64,000 nucleotides of DNA from an uncultured Chloroflexia bacterium (GTDB lineage Bacteria > Chloroflexota > Limnocylindria > Limnocylindrales > CSP1-4). The position numbers and the translations under genes were made by a program. This document shows, piece by piece, positions 1 through 9,135 of the stretch. The stretch covers positions 96,001 through 160,000 of the forward strand of contig CAVYIM010000004.1 in assembly GCA_963768655.1 (NCBI GenBank), in the 5' to 3' direction. Under the pieces are notes generated by a model. That model was given only the letters and a program-made list of their open reading frames with translations, was not told the origin of the DNA and ran no database searches. Numbering within the stretch: the first letter of the stretch is position 1; each line of letters starts with the position of its first letter.

Positions 1-779
1 TGCTGGCCCAGAGGAGCCGTTGCGGTCGGGCGCCCTCGTTCATGAGCCGCGCCCACCGATCGCCGTGGATCAGGGCCGCGTAGGCGTCGTAGGTCAGCTG
101 AGCCGTTGCGATGCCTAGCTTGAGATGGAGATCGGCCGGCAGGTCGCCGGCCAGCGGGCCGTCCCAGCGGCTGACGAAGACGGAGGCCACCGACGGCACG
201 TACGGATTCAGTCCGGCCTCGACGCGCCGTTCGATCGCCCGCGTGTAGGCCTCGGCGGCTGCCAGATACTGCTCGGTGGAAAAGAGCAGGGTCACGTTTA
301 CCGGCACGCCCGCGAAGATCGTCTCCTCGATTGCCTTCAGGCCCGCCGTGGTGCCGGGGATCTTGATGAAGAAGTTGGGGCGGGCGGCGAGAGCGTGGAG
401 CCTGGCGGCGTCGGCCGCCGTCGTCGCCGCGTCATCGGCCAGGAGGGGCGAGACCTCGAGCGACACGAAGCCGTCGACGCCGCCGGTCCGGTCGATACGT
501 CGGCCTGAAGAGGTCGGCCGCGCGCCGCAGGTCGTCCAGCGCCAGGTCGAAGAAGATCTCCTCGGTCCTGGTGCCGCCGGCAGATAGCCGCCGGATCTGC
601 TCGTCGTAGTCCGAGGAGCCGCCGATCGCCTTGTCGTAGATCGATGGGTTGGAGGTCAGGCCCGTCACCGAGAACTCGCGGATGTACTGCTCGAGCTTCC
701 CGCTGTCGAGCAGCGCTCGGGTGATGTTGTCGAGCCAGACGCTCTGCCCCATCCGTCCGAGCTTTGCGGTCCGGTGCAT
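1..779 (-). pseudogene. tal: Transaldolase, frameshifted by one extra base near 494-496; runs off the left edge
   Basis: The N-terminus has GQSVWLDNITR and GLTSNPSI. After ACG TAT there is one extra C (494). The shifted frame then reads DRTGGVDGFVSLEVSP...FIKIPGT (Schiff-base Lys)...VNVTLLFS...QRLLWAS up to the window edge. Confidence 0.85.
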
Positions 780-805
780 GGTGCCTCCAGTCTTGCGGCT
801 GGCTG

Positions 806-2080
806 TCAGCCGTTCAGTACGTCGCCGCGGAACGCGTCGGGATCCTGGAGCCTGCGGCGCAGCGCGTTCAGGAACCGGGCGGCGAGCTCGCCGTCGACGA
901 GCCGATGGTCGGCCGTCAGCGTCAGCTTCATTATCTGCCGGATGCCGATTCCATCCCCGACCGCGATGGGCGTGGGAACGACGCTTGAGACGGCCAGGAT
1001 CGCCGACTCGCCCGGATTGATGATCGCGCAGAACTCGTCGACGCCGAACATCCCCAGGTTCGAGATGGTGAACGTGCTGCCCGTCATGTCGTCGGGCGTG
1101 AGCGCCCCGTTGCGGGCCGCCTCGGCGAGCTCCGCAGCCCGCGCGTGCAGCTCGACGAGTGAGCGTCGATCGGCGTCGCGTACCACCGGCACGACGAGGC
1201 CATCGGGCAGCGCCACGGCCAGCCCGACGTGGACGCGGCGGCGAGGCCAGACCGAAACTCCGTCGGTACGCGAGTTTACGTCCGGGAACTCCACCAGCGT
1301 CTGCGCGGTGGCCGAAACGATGAAGTCGGTGACAGTGAGCAAGGTGCCGGCGGCCTTGAACTCGGTCCGAAGGGCCAGGACGCGCGTCATGTCGACGGCG
1401 ACCGTGACCGTGAACTGCGGGACCGTGGTCGCGCTGAGCGTGAGCCGCTGAGCGATTACGCGGCGCATCCGGCTCATCTGGCGCGGCGCCTCGTCTTCGG
1501 CGTCCGAGCCGTAGGTGGCCGGGGCCGCGGGGGCCACGGCGGGCGCTGCCGGGGCTGCCGACACCGGAGCCGCAGAGGCGGCCTCCAGCGCGGCGCGGAC
1601 GTCACGCTCGGTGATGCGGCCCTCCGGCCCGGTGCCGGTGATGGTCCGCGGATCGATTCCCGAGTCGGCGGCCAGCCGGCTGGCTCGCGGGCTGATACGC
1701 AGTCGGGAGCCGTCGGCCGGGGGCGTAGCTGACGGAGCCGGGGCAGCCGGAGCGGCCGGAACGGCAGCTTCAGCTTGCGCCACGACGGGCGGTACCGCCG
1801 CTCCAGCGGCCGCGGCCGTGGGAACGTCCGGGATCGGCTCGCCGGGCTCGCCGACGTAGCCGCACACCGTGTTGACCGGGACCGTCTGGCCCTCCTCGAC
1901 GACGCGCTTCAGCAGCACGCCCTTCTCGAAGGCCTCCACGTCCATGTTCGACTTGTCGGTCTCGATCTCGAAGAGCACCTCGCCCTTCTCGATCTTGTCG
2001 CCCTCGCGCTTGTGCCAGGCGACGAGAACGCACTCCTCGGTCATCTGGCCGGGCTTCGGCATTAGGATCGGATGAGCCAT
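806..2080 (-). CDS. Dihydrolipoamide acyltransferase (E2) of a 2-oxoacid/acetoin dehydrogenase-type complex
   Basis: Lipoyl domain (EIETDKSNMDVEA), Ala/Pro linker, peripheral subunit-binding motif (SPRASRLA...GTGPEGRITERDV) and catalytic DHRLVDG. Start set at ATG 2080 (MAHPILMPK). Confidence 0.93.
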   Translation of the reverse strand: MAHPILMPKPGQMTEECVLVAWHKREGDKIEKGEVLFEIETDKSNMDVEAFEKGVLLKRVVEEGQTVPVNTVCGYVGEPGEPIPDVPTAAAAGAAVPPVVAQAEAAVPAAPAAPAPSATPPADGSRLRISPRASRLAADSGIDPRTITGTGPEGRITERDVRAALEAASAAPVSAAPAAPAVAPAAPATYGSDAEDEAPRQMSRMRRVIAQRLTLSATTVPQFTVTVAVDMTRVLALRTEFKAAGTLLTVTDFIVSATAQTLVEFPDVNSRTDGVSVWPRRRVHVGLAVALPDGLVVPVVRDADRRSLVELHARAAELAEAARNGALTPDDMTGSTFTISNLGMFGVDEFCAIINPGESAILAVSSVVPTPIAVGDGIGIRQIMKLTLTADHRLVDGELAARFLNALRRRLQDPDAFRGDVLNG

Positions 2081-2114
2081 GGTGTCCCTCGCGGAGTCGG
2101 CGCGTGGCCTGGGT

Positions 2115-4481
2115 CTACAGTAGCGCGGCCACCGCCGCGTAGATGTCGTTGGCGTTCGGCAGGAAGGCCTTCTCGAGACCCTCGGCCTGGGGCGAGATGC
2201 CATTGGCGGCGCCGATCCGGCCGACCGGGGCGTCGAGGTAGTCGAAGGCTTCGAGCTGGATTCGGGCGACGATCTCGTTGACGAAGCTGCCGATGAGGAC
2301 AGCCTGGCTCGCCACGACGCAGCGCCCGGTCTTGCGAACGGAAGTCAGGACGGTTTCCATGTCGAGCGGGACGAGGCTGCGCAGGTCGACGACCTCCGTT
2401 TCGACGCCCTGTTCAGTCTTCAGTCGCTCCGCCGCCGCGAGCGCGTCGATGACCGCCGGACCCCAGGCGACGATGGTCGCGTCGGCGCCTTCGCGGATGA
2501 CCCGCGCGACGCCGAGCGGCTCGAGATAGTCGCCCTCGGGCACGATGCCCTTGGTGCCATACAGGCCCTGGCTCTCGACGAACAGGACCGGGTTGTTCGT
2601 CCGGATCGCCGACTTCAAGAGCCCTTTCGCGTCGGCAGGCGTGGCCGGGTAGACGACGTACAGGCCGGGGATGTGGGTGAAGACGCTCTCCAGCGACTGC
2701 GAGTGCTGGCCGCCGTAGCCCTTGCCGGCGCCCACGGAGGCTCGGATGACCAGAGGCACCTCGGTCTGGGCGCCCGACATGTAATGCCACTTGCCGGCCT
2801 GGTTGGCGATCTGGTCCGAAGCCATGAGCGCGAAGTCCATGTACATCAGCTCGACGACCGGGCGCAGCCCGACCATCGACGCGCCGACTGCCGTGCCGCA
2901 AATGCAGGCCTCGGAGATCGGCGTGTTGAAGACGCGTTCGCGACCGAATGCCTCGAGCAGGTCCTTGGTGAGCTTGAAGGCTCCGCCGTAGTCGGCCACG
3001 TCCTCGCCGTAGACCACGACGCGGCGGTCGCGCAGCATCTCCTCGACGAGCGCCTCGCGGAGCGCGTCCTTGTATGTGGTCACGCCGTTGGCGCGCTTGG
3101 CGACGGGTGGCGCGGCATACGTCACGACGGCGCCCTCCGGGTCCGGGACGATTTCCGCGGACGTGTCCGTGTAGAGGTACTTGAGCACGTCGGCCGGGGC
3201 CGGGTCCGTCGCCTTGGAGGCTCGCACGGCGGCGCGGGCGTTACGCTCGTGGGCCCGAGCCTCGATCGCGGCGAGCGTGGCCGCGTCGGCGACGCCGGCC
3301 GCGATCAGTTGGCCCTTGAGCCGCTCGATCGGGTCGACGGCCCGCCAGGCCGCTTCCTCCTCTCGGGTCCGGTACTCGTTGCGGGGGTCGGATAGGGAGT
3401 GGCCGTAGTAGCGGTATGTGCTCGCCTCGATGAGGACCGGACCGTGCCCCTCGCGGCAGATCGCCGCGGCCCGCTCGATAGCGTCGCGGACGGCCAGCAC
3501 GTCCATGCCGTTGACGGTCTCGGCGTACATGTTGTTCTGGGCGAAGCCGGCCGCACGGCGGGCCAGGTGGTTGACGCCCATTACTTCCTCGTCGGTCCGA
3601 TGGGTCATCCCGTAATGGTTGTTGACGATCAGGTAGATGACCGGCAGGCCGGCTGCGCGTGCACCGGCCAGGTGGTTGGTCCACTGCTCCTGGGCCGCCC
3701 AGTTGAGCGATTCGAGGACGACACCGTTGGCGTAGGCGCCGTCTCCGGCGAAGCAGCACACCACCTTGTCGGAGCCGCGGTAGCGGACAGCCATCGCCGC
3801 GCCCGTGGCGATCGGCACGCTGCCGCCGACGATCGCGTTCGCGCCCAGATGGCCGGTCGAGAAGTCGCCGATGTGCATGCCGCCGCCCCGTCCGCGGCAG
3901 TAGCCCTCTTCCTTGCCGAACAGCTCGGCGATGGTCTTGTAGACGTGCTCCTCGAGGGCGTCGGCGAGGAGGCCGTCATGGTCCCTGGCCTTCGACCAGG
4001 GCGCGCGGGCCCGCAGGGCGTCGTCGGACATCGCCCGGACCGCGGCGAAACCCTTGGCGATGGCGTCGCCGTGGCCGCGATGAGAGCTCGTGATATGGTC
4101 GTCGGGCCGCAGGGCGCCGCAGGCGCCGACGGACGTTGCCTCCTGGCCGATCGAGACGTGGGTCGGGCCGCGGTAGTCGTAGCCCGGCAGTGGGTCGTAG
4201 CCGCCCGAGCGGAGGCGGACGATCATCTCCTCCAGCTCGCGGATGGCCAGCATGTCGTCCAGCAGGTCGAGCGCCGACGCGGCGGTGACCCGCCCCGCGG
4301 CAATCTCGGAGCCGGCGTCGCCGGCGAAGTCGAAGCCGCGGATCGCGCCCAGGGACTCCTCGAACGGCGCAAGATCGGGTCGAGTGTCGCTCCTGTAGGC
4401 CGGCTCCGTGACCATGCTCTGAACCTCTTGCTCTGCTTTGGCTGTCGTCGTATTCATCGGTCTGGCCGTTGTCCTCTTCAT
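2115..4481 (-). CDS. ThDP-dependent dehydrogenase E1, fused alpha+beta subunits
   Basis: Alpha part: HRGHG, GRGGGMH, ThDP motif GDGA...NN, TYRYYGHS. Beta part: GEDV, NTPISE, VVELMYMDF, GGQHSQ, DLRSLVPLD. Start uncertain (ATG options down to MVTEP). Confidence 0.9.
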   Translation of the reverse strand: MKRTTARPMNTTTAKAEQEVQSMVTEPAYRSDTRPDLAPFEESLGAIRGFDFAGDAGSEIAAGRVTAASALDLLDDMLAIRELEEMIVRLRSGGYDPLPGYDYRGPTHVSIGQEATSVGACGALRPDDHITSSHRGHGDAIAKGFAAVRAMSDDALRARAPWSKARDHDGLLADALEEHVYKTIAELFGKEEGYCRGRGGGMHIGDFSTGHLGANAIVGGSVPIATGAAMAVRYRGSDKVVCCFAGDGAYANGVVLESLNWAAQEQWTNHLAGARAAGLPVIYLIVNNHYGMTHRTDEEVMGVNHLARRAAGFAQNNMYAETVNGMDVLAVRDAIERAAAICREGHGPVLIEASTYRYYGHSLSDPRNEYRTREEEAAWRAVDPIERLKGQLIAAGVADAATLAAIEARAHERNARAAVRASKATDPAPADVLKYLYTDTSAEIVPDPEGAVVTYAAPPVAKRANGVTTYKDALREALVEEMLRDRRVVVYGEDVADYGGAFKLTKDLLEAFGRERVFNTPISEACICGTAVGASMVGLRPVVELMYMDFALMASDQIANQAGKWHYMSGAQTEVPLVIRASVGAGKGYGGQHSQSLESVFTHIPGLYVVYPATPADAKGLLKSAIRTNNPVLFVESQGLYGTKGIVPEGDYLEPLGVARVIREGADATIVAWGPAVIDALAAAERLKTEQGVETEVVDLRSLVPLDMETVLTSVRKTGRCVVASQAVLIGSFVNEIVARIQLEAFDYLDAPVGRIGAANGISPQAEGLEKAFLPNANDIYAAVAALL

Positions 4482-5464
4482 GCGGCGAGGAGCAGCCTGG
4501 CCGCTTCCTCATCTGTGATCAATCGATGGATGAGCCCGCTGCGGAGGGCCGCCAGGATCGCGGGCGCCTTGGCAGCGCCGCCGGCAATCGCCGTGACATC
4601 CGGGACGGCTCTCAGTTGCTCCGGGCTGATGGCAATGAAGCGGCCGGGCAACCCGGCGGCTCTCACCTCCGCGCCGTTCGCGTCGAGGACGGTCGAGCAG
4701 ATGTCCGCCACCGCACCGGCCGCGTCGAGCGCCGCAGCGATCTCCTCGGGCAGCGCCGCCCGAACGGTCGACCCACTGGCCGTCCACGCGCCGATGCCGA
4801 CCACGGCCTTCGTGAGGCGATCGAACATGGCGATGGTCCTGTGGACGTGCGGGTCGGCCCGGAGAGCCGAGGCCATCTCCGGGCTGTCGACCAGCAACGG
4901 CACGTAGAGCGGATACACGGGGCCGCCGGCGCAGTCGGCCACACGCCGAACGAGCTCCATAGAGTTGACGTCGAGCTCGAGCGTCGGAACGCTGCCCACG
5001 ATCTGGACGACCGTGCAGCCGGGCAGCCTGGCAAGGTGCCCGACCATCGAGTGGAGCGTCCGGCCCCACGAGATCCCGAGGACGTCGTCCGCCTCGAGGG
5101 TTTGCGTCAGCAGCTCCGCGCAGGTCCGGCCGAGCTGCTCCCTCTTGAACTCCTCGGGTCCGTCGATCGGCCGGACGACGATCGCATCCACGAGGCCGTG
5201 CCGCGCGGCGAGTTCGCCGGAGAGCTCCAGATCGATCTCGGGGGGTGCTCCGACCTCGATTCGCACGATCCCATCGCGGCGCGCGGCGTCGAGCAGGCGG
5301 GCGACCTTGAAGCGCGAGATCCCAAGTTCCTGGGCGATCTCGCTCTTGCTCGCGCCGTCCAGGAAGTAGCGTCGCGCAACGAGCACGGTCGTCACCACCT
5401 GGAGGCGCGTGGCGCGTCCTTCAGATCGGGCCAGCGGGTTCATCTGCTCCTCGTTCTCTGCCAC
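4478..5464 (-). CDS. SorC/DeoR-family sugar-binding transcriptional regulator
   Basis: N-terminal HTH (ARRYFLDGASKSEIAQELGISRFKVARLL) and sugar-binding domain (GISWGRTL, AVVGIG, AGGAAKAPAI, LITDE). Confidence 0.92.
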   Translation of the reverse strand: MAENEEQMNPLARSEGRATRLQVVTTVLVARRYFLDGASKSEIAQELGISRFKVARLLDAARRDGIVRIEVGAPPEIDLELSGELAARHGLVDAIVVRPIDGPEEFKREQLGRTCAELLTQTLEADDVLGISWGRTLHSMVGHLARLPGCTVVQIVGSVPTLELDVNSMELVRRVADCAGGPVYPLYVPLLVDSPEMASALRADPHVHRTIAMFDRLTKAVVGIGAWTASGSTVRAALPEEIAAALDAAGAVADICSTVLDANGAEVRAAGLPGRFIAISPEQLRAVPDVTAIAGGAAKAPAILAALRSGLIHRLITDEEAARLLLAA

Positions 5465-5526
5465 CCGGCGGCACCGAGAGGTTCTTTCGGCCGCCTCGAC
5501 GAGCGCGGCGAAGCCATCCTAGCATT

Positions 5527-5559
5527 CTCACATCTGAGCGGCAAGCGCTCAAACGAGCG
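5527..5559. promoter_or_regulatory. Two short palindromes in the divergent promoter; candidate SorC-family operators
   Basis: CTCA-catc-TGAG (5527-5538) and CGCTC-aaac-GAGCG (5546-5559) lie upstream of the regulator. Confidence 0.4.
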
Positions 5560-5866
5560 CCGACGTCACGACACTCAGAACTGGGCCGGCGGCGAGGGCC
5601 GCCGCCCGGACCGTGCGACCGAGGCGGTGGGCGCCTCCGTCTGACGTGGCACCTGGCTACCGAAGTTTGTGGCTTGATAGCCGACTCGCGGGCACGTAAC
5701 ATGGGACCCGCCGGCAACTAATCGTAAAGAGCCGAAACTAAATGGAAGTAGCCGAAAGAAAGCGCCCAGAAAGAGCCACGCAGGCTCGCCTCCGTCGTCG
5801 GCCTTGAAGACGGGGAGCACGCGCCGGCGGCGCCGGTCGAAGGGAAAGGTGTACGACAGTCCTCGC

Positions 5867-7090
5867 GTGAGCGGCGACTGGAAGGCCCGATCGGAACGAC
5901 CGATCGTCAATACACACGTCCACTTGCCGCCCAACTTCTCGGCGTTCGATACTGCCGAACAGGCGGTTCGGATCGCCGCTGCCGAAGGAGTCGCGGTCCT
6001 CGGAAGCTCCAACTACTACGACTTCGGCGTCTATCGGTCCTTCGCGGCCGCAGCGGCCGCAGCGGGAATGGTGCCCCTCTTCGGCGTGGAGATCATCACG
6101 CTCATCGGCGACCTGCCGGCCGGCGGCTCGCTCATCAACGATCCGACCAATCTCAACCGGATGTACCTGTGCGGCAAGGCGCTGAACCGTCTCGACCCGC
6201 CGGTCGTTTCGGCCGCGCGTCGCATGGCCGCGATCCGTGCAGTCAGCGAAGACCGCATGCGCCAGATGACCGCACTCGTCGCGGCTCGCTTCGAGCAGGC
6301 CGGTCTGGACGGGGGCGTGACCGACAAGCAGATTGCGGCATCGGTGGCGCAGCGATGCGGCGTCCCGATCGAGTGGGTGTCGCTGCAGGAACGACACCTG
6401 GCGCAGGCATTCCAGGAACTGCTCTTCCGGGACGTCGAGCCGGGCGGCCGGGCTGCCGCGCTGGGCCGGTTGTTCGAGGCGCCGACGAGTGTCGACACGG
6501 CCGATGCGATCGCCGTCCAGGAGGCGGTCCGCTCGAACTTGATGAAGGCCGGCAGGCCGGCGTTCGTGCCCGAGGCGGCCATCTCGTTCGAGGACGCCTA
6601 CCGGCTGATTCTCGAGCTGGGCGGCATCCCCTGCTACCCGATCCTCGCCGACGGCGCAGCGCCGATCTGCACCTTCGAGCAACCGGCCGAGGCACTGGCA
6701 GAGCGGCTGCTCGGTCGCGGCGTCTACTGCGCCGAGCTGATCCCCGGGCGAAACCGGCCCGAAGTCGTCGATCGCTACGTGACCGTGCTCCGCAGCGCCG
6801 GAATCGTCATCATGGCGGGCACGGAACACAACACGAAACGAATGCTCCCGGTCGCGCCGACGGCGTTGGGCGGCGAACAGCTGTCCGACCTGGCGCGCGA
6901 GGCCTTCTGGGAGGGCACCTGCGTCGTGGCGGCACATCAACATCTCCGCGCATCCGGCCGTCCCGGCTACGTTGATGACGATGGGCGGCCGATTGCCGGG
7001 TTCGCCGACGGTGAAGCGCGCATCCGATGGTTCCGCGAGGCCGGCGCCGACCTCATCACTACTCGATTCGCTGCGAGGGCCCAAGCTTGA
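5867..7090 (+). CDS. PHP-domain-like metal-dependent hydrolase of unknown function
   Basis: N-terminal NTHVH (HxH), GVEI and C-terminal GTEHN resemble the PHP fold. Its stop overlaps the next gene's TTG. Start uncertain (5804, 5849 or 5867). Confidence 0.65.
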   Translation: MSGDWKARSERPIVNTHVHLPPNFSAFDTAEQAVRIAAAEGVAVLGSSNYYDFGVYRSFAAAAAAAGMVPLFGVEIITLIGDLPAGGSLINDPTNLNRMYLCGKALNRLDPPVVSAARRMAAIRAVSEDRMRQMTALVAARFEQAGLDGGVTDKQIAASVAQRCGVPIEWVSLQERHLAQAFQELLFRDVEPGGRAAALGRLFEAPTSVDTADAIAVQEAVRSNLMKAGRPAFVPEAAISFEDAYRLILELGGIPCYPILADGAAPICTFEQPAEALAERLLGRGVYCAELIPGRNRPEVVDRYVTVLRSAGIVIMAGTEHNTKRMLPVAPTALGGEQLSDLAREAFWEGTCVVAAHQHLRASGRPGYVDDDGRPIAGFADGEARIRWFREAGADLITTRFAARAQA

Positions 7091-9135
7091 ACACCCAATC
7101 CACGCCGGAGGGGCGGTCCGTCGTCGAAGCCCTTCTGAACGACACGATCGCGCTCTCGCACCGGTTCGGCGCGGACCCGGAGTACACGCGCGGCGGCGGC
7201 GGCAACATCTCGGTCAAGGCCGACGGGGTCCTGTACATCAAGCCGAGCGGCACGTCTCTCGCGACGCTGACGGCGGAGTCGGTCATCGCCCTCGATGTCC
7301 GGCCGCTGCTGGAGCTCCTCAACGCATCGCCGGATCTCCCGGTCGAGCCCGGCACGGATCTGGTCATGCAAGTAGCCATGGGTGCCCGCCTCGGCGCGCG
7401 TGACGATCGACGCCCGTCCGTCGAATCCCTGTTTCACGCGCTTCTACCGGAGCGATTCGTGCTCCATACGCATCCGACGATCGTCAATGCCGTGACGTGT
7501 GCGACCCACGGGGCCGAGATCGTCGAGCGGCTGTTCGGCGCGGACGCCTTGTGGGTTCCCTACACCGATCCCGGGCTGCCCCTCGCCCGCGCCATCCGCG
7601 ACGCGAGGAAGAGTCACGAAGAAGGGATGGGGAAGTCCGCGCCCCGGGCGATCTTCCTCCAGAATCACGGCCTGATCGTCGCCGCCGACTCGACTGCGGA
7701 GATCGACGAGGCGTCCGCCCGGCTGATCGCGGTGATTCGGGCTCATCTGGCGGAGCTGCCGGCCATCTCGTGGGGCAAGGCCGAGCGACTGGAGGCCAGC
7801 CGGGCCCGGGCGGCGTTGCGTGCCGTCGGTCCTGCGTTGCGGGCGCTCCTGGCCACGGGCGATCGGCTCAAGGTCGTCACTTTCGACGACTCGCCGCTCT
7901 CCGTATCGATGGCCGGTTCGGCGCTGGGGCGGGAATTCGCGCTCGGCGGTCCGCTTACGCCCGACCAGATCGTGTACACCGGCTCGTTCCCTCTCCTCCT
8001 GGAAACTCCTGCCGGCGCGACGCCGGACCTCCTCGTCGATGCGCTGGCCGGCGCGATCGCCGCGCGGGCGGCGACCGATGCCGGGGCGCCGGCCGTCATC
8101 CTGGTGCCGGGGCTCGGGCTGTTCGCGGCAGGCGATTCGGCCGCCCAGGCCGAGATGGTCCAGCAGGTCTTCCTAGACGCCGTCGCCGTGTCGGTTGATG
8201 CCCACCGCCTCGGCGGGGTCAAACCGCTCGCCGACTCGGAGCGCCGGTTCATCGAGCGCTGGGAGGCCGAGGACTATCGCCGCCGCGTTGCCGTCGGCCG
8301 GTCAGTCGCCGGCCGGGCGAGAGGCCTGGTCGTCGTGGTAACCGGCGCAGCCCAGGGCTTCGGGCATGCGATCGCGGCCGACCTCGTATCCCAGGGCGGC
8401 CACGTCGTGCTGGCCGACATCAACGTCGAGCTGGCGCGGCACCAGGCGGAGGCTCTCGCGTCCGAGTTCGGTTCCGGGCGAGCCGTCGGCGTCGCGCTGG
8501 ACGTCACCGACGACGCGTCGGTTGCGGCCTGCTTCGACGAGGTCGTGCGCCGTTTCGGTGGGCTCGATCTTCTCGTCTCGAACGCCGGAATCCTCCGAGC
8601 CGGCAGCGTCACGACCCAGCCCGTCGCGGAGTTCGACGCCGTCACGCGCGTCAACTACCGGGGCTATTTCCTGTGCGTCCGGCACGCGGCGCCCATCCTG
8701 GCCCGCCAGCATAGGGCGCGGCCGACCTACTGGGGCGACATCATCGAGATCAACTCGAAGTCCGGCCTGGCCGGCTCGAGCCGAAACAGCGCCTACTCCG
8801 GCAGCAAGTTCGGCGGCGTTGGCCTGACGCAGTCGTTCGCCCTGGAGCTTGTCGGAGATGGCATCAAGGTCAACGCCATCTGCCCGGGCAACTTCCTCGA
8901 AGGGCCGCTCTGGGCCGATCCGGAGAACGGCCTCTTCGTGCAGTACTTGCGCGAGGGCAAGGTGCCCGGTGCGAAGAGCATCGACGACGTGCGCCGGTTC
9001 TACGAAGCGAAGGTGCCGATGGGTCGTGGCTGCACTCCGGCCGATGTCCTCGAGGCCCTCTACTATGTCGTTGCCCAGCGGTACGAAACAGGGCAGGCCA
9101 TTCCGGTCACCGGCGGCCAGGTGATGCTGAAGTAG
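7087..9135 (+). CDS. Bifunctional class II aldolase-like domain + SDR (sorbitol-6-phosphate dehydrogenase SrlD/SorD-like)
   Basis: Aldolase part: GGGNISVK, KPSG, PSVE, HTH, QNHGL. SDR part: TGAAQGFG, NAG, INSKSG, YSGSKFGGVGLTQS, KVPMGRGC, TGQAIPVTGGQVM. The TTG start overlaps the upstream TGA (TTGA). Confidence 0.85.
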   Translation: MNTQSTPEGRSVVEALLNDTIALSHRFGADPEYTRGGGGNISVKADGVLYIKPSGTSLATLTAESVIALDVRPLLELLNASPDLPVEPGTDLVMQVAMGARLGARDDRRPSVESLFHALLPERFVLHTHPTIVNAVTCATHGAEIVERLFGADALWVPYTDPGLPLARAIRDARKSHEEGMGKSAPRAIFLQNHGLIVAADSTAEIDEASARLIAVIRAHLAELPAISWGKAERLEASRARAALRAVGPALRALLATGDRLKVVTFDDSPLSVSMAGSALGREFALGGPLTPDQIVYTGSFPLLLETPAGATPDLLVDALAGAIAARAATDAGAPAVILVPGLGLFAAGDSAAQAEMVQQVFLDAVAVSVDAHRLGGVKPLADSERRFIERWEAEDYRRRVAVGRSVAGRARGLVVVVTGAAQGFGHAIAADLVSQGGHVVLADINVELARHQAEALASEFGSGRAVGVALDVTDDASVAACFDEVVRRFGGLDLLVSNAGILRAGSVTTQPVAEFDAVTRVNYRGYFLCVRHAAPILARQHRARPTYWGDIIEINSKSGLAGSSRNSAYSGSKFGGVGLTQSFALELVGDGIKVNAICPGNFLEGPLWADPENGLFVQYLREGKVPGAKSIDDVRRFYEAKVPMGRGCTPADVLEALYYVVAQRYETGQAIPVTGGQVMLK

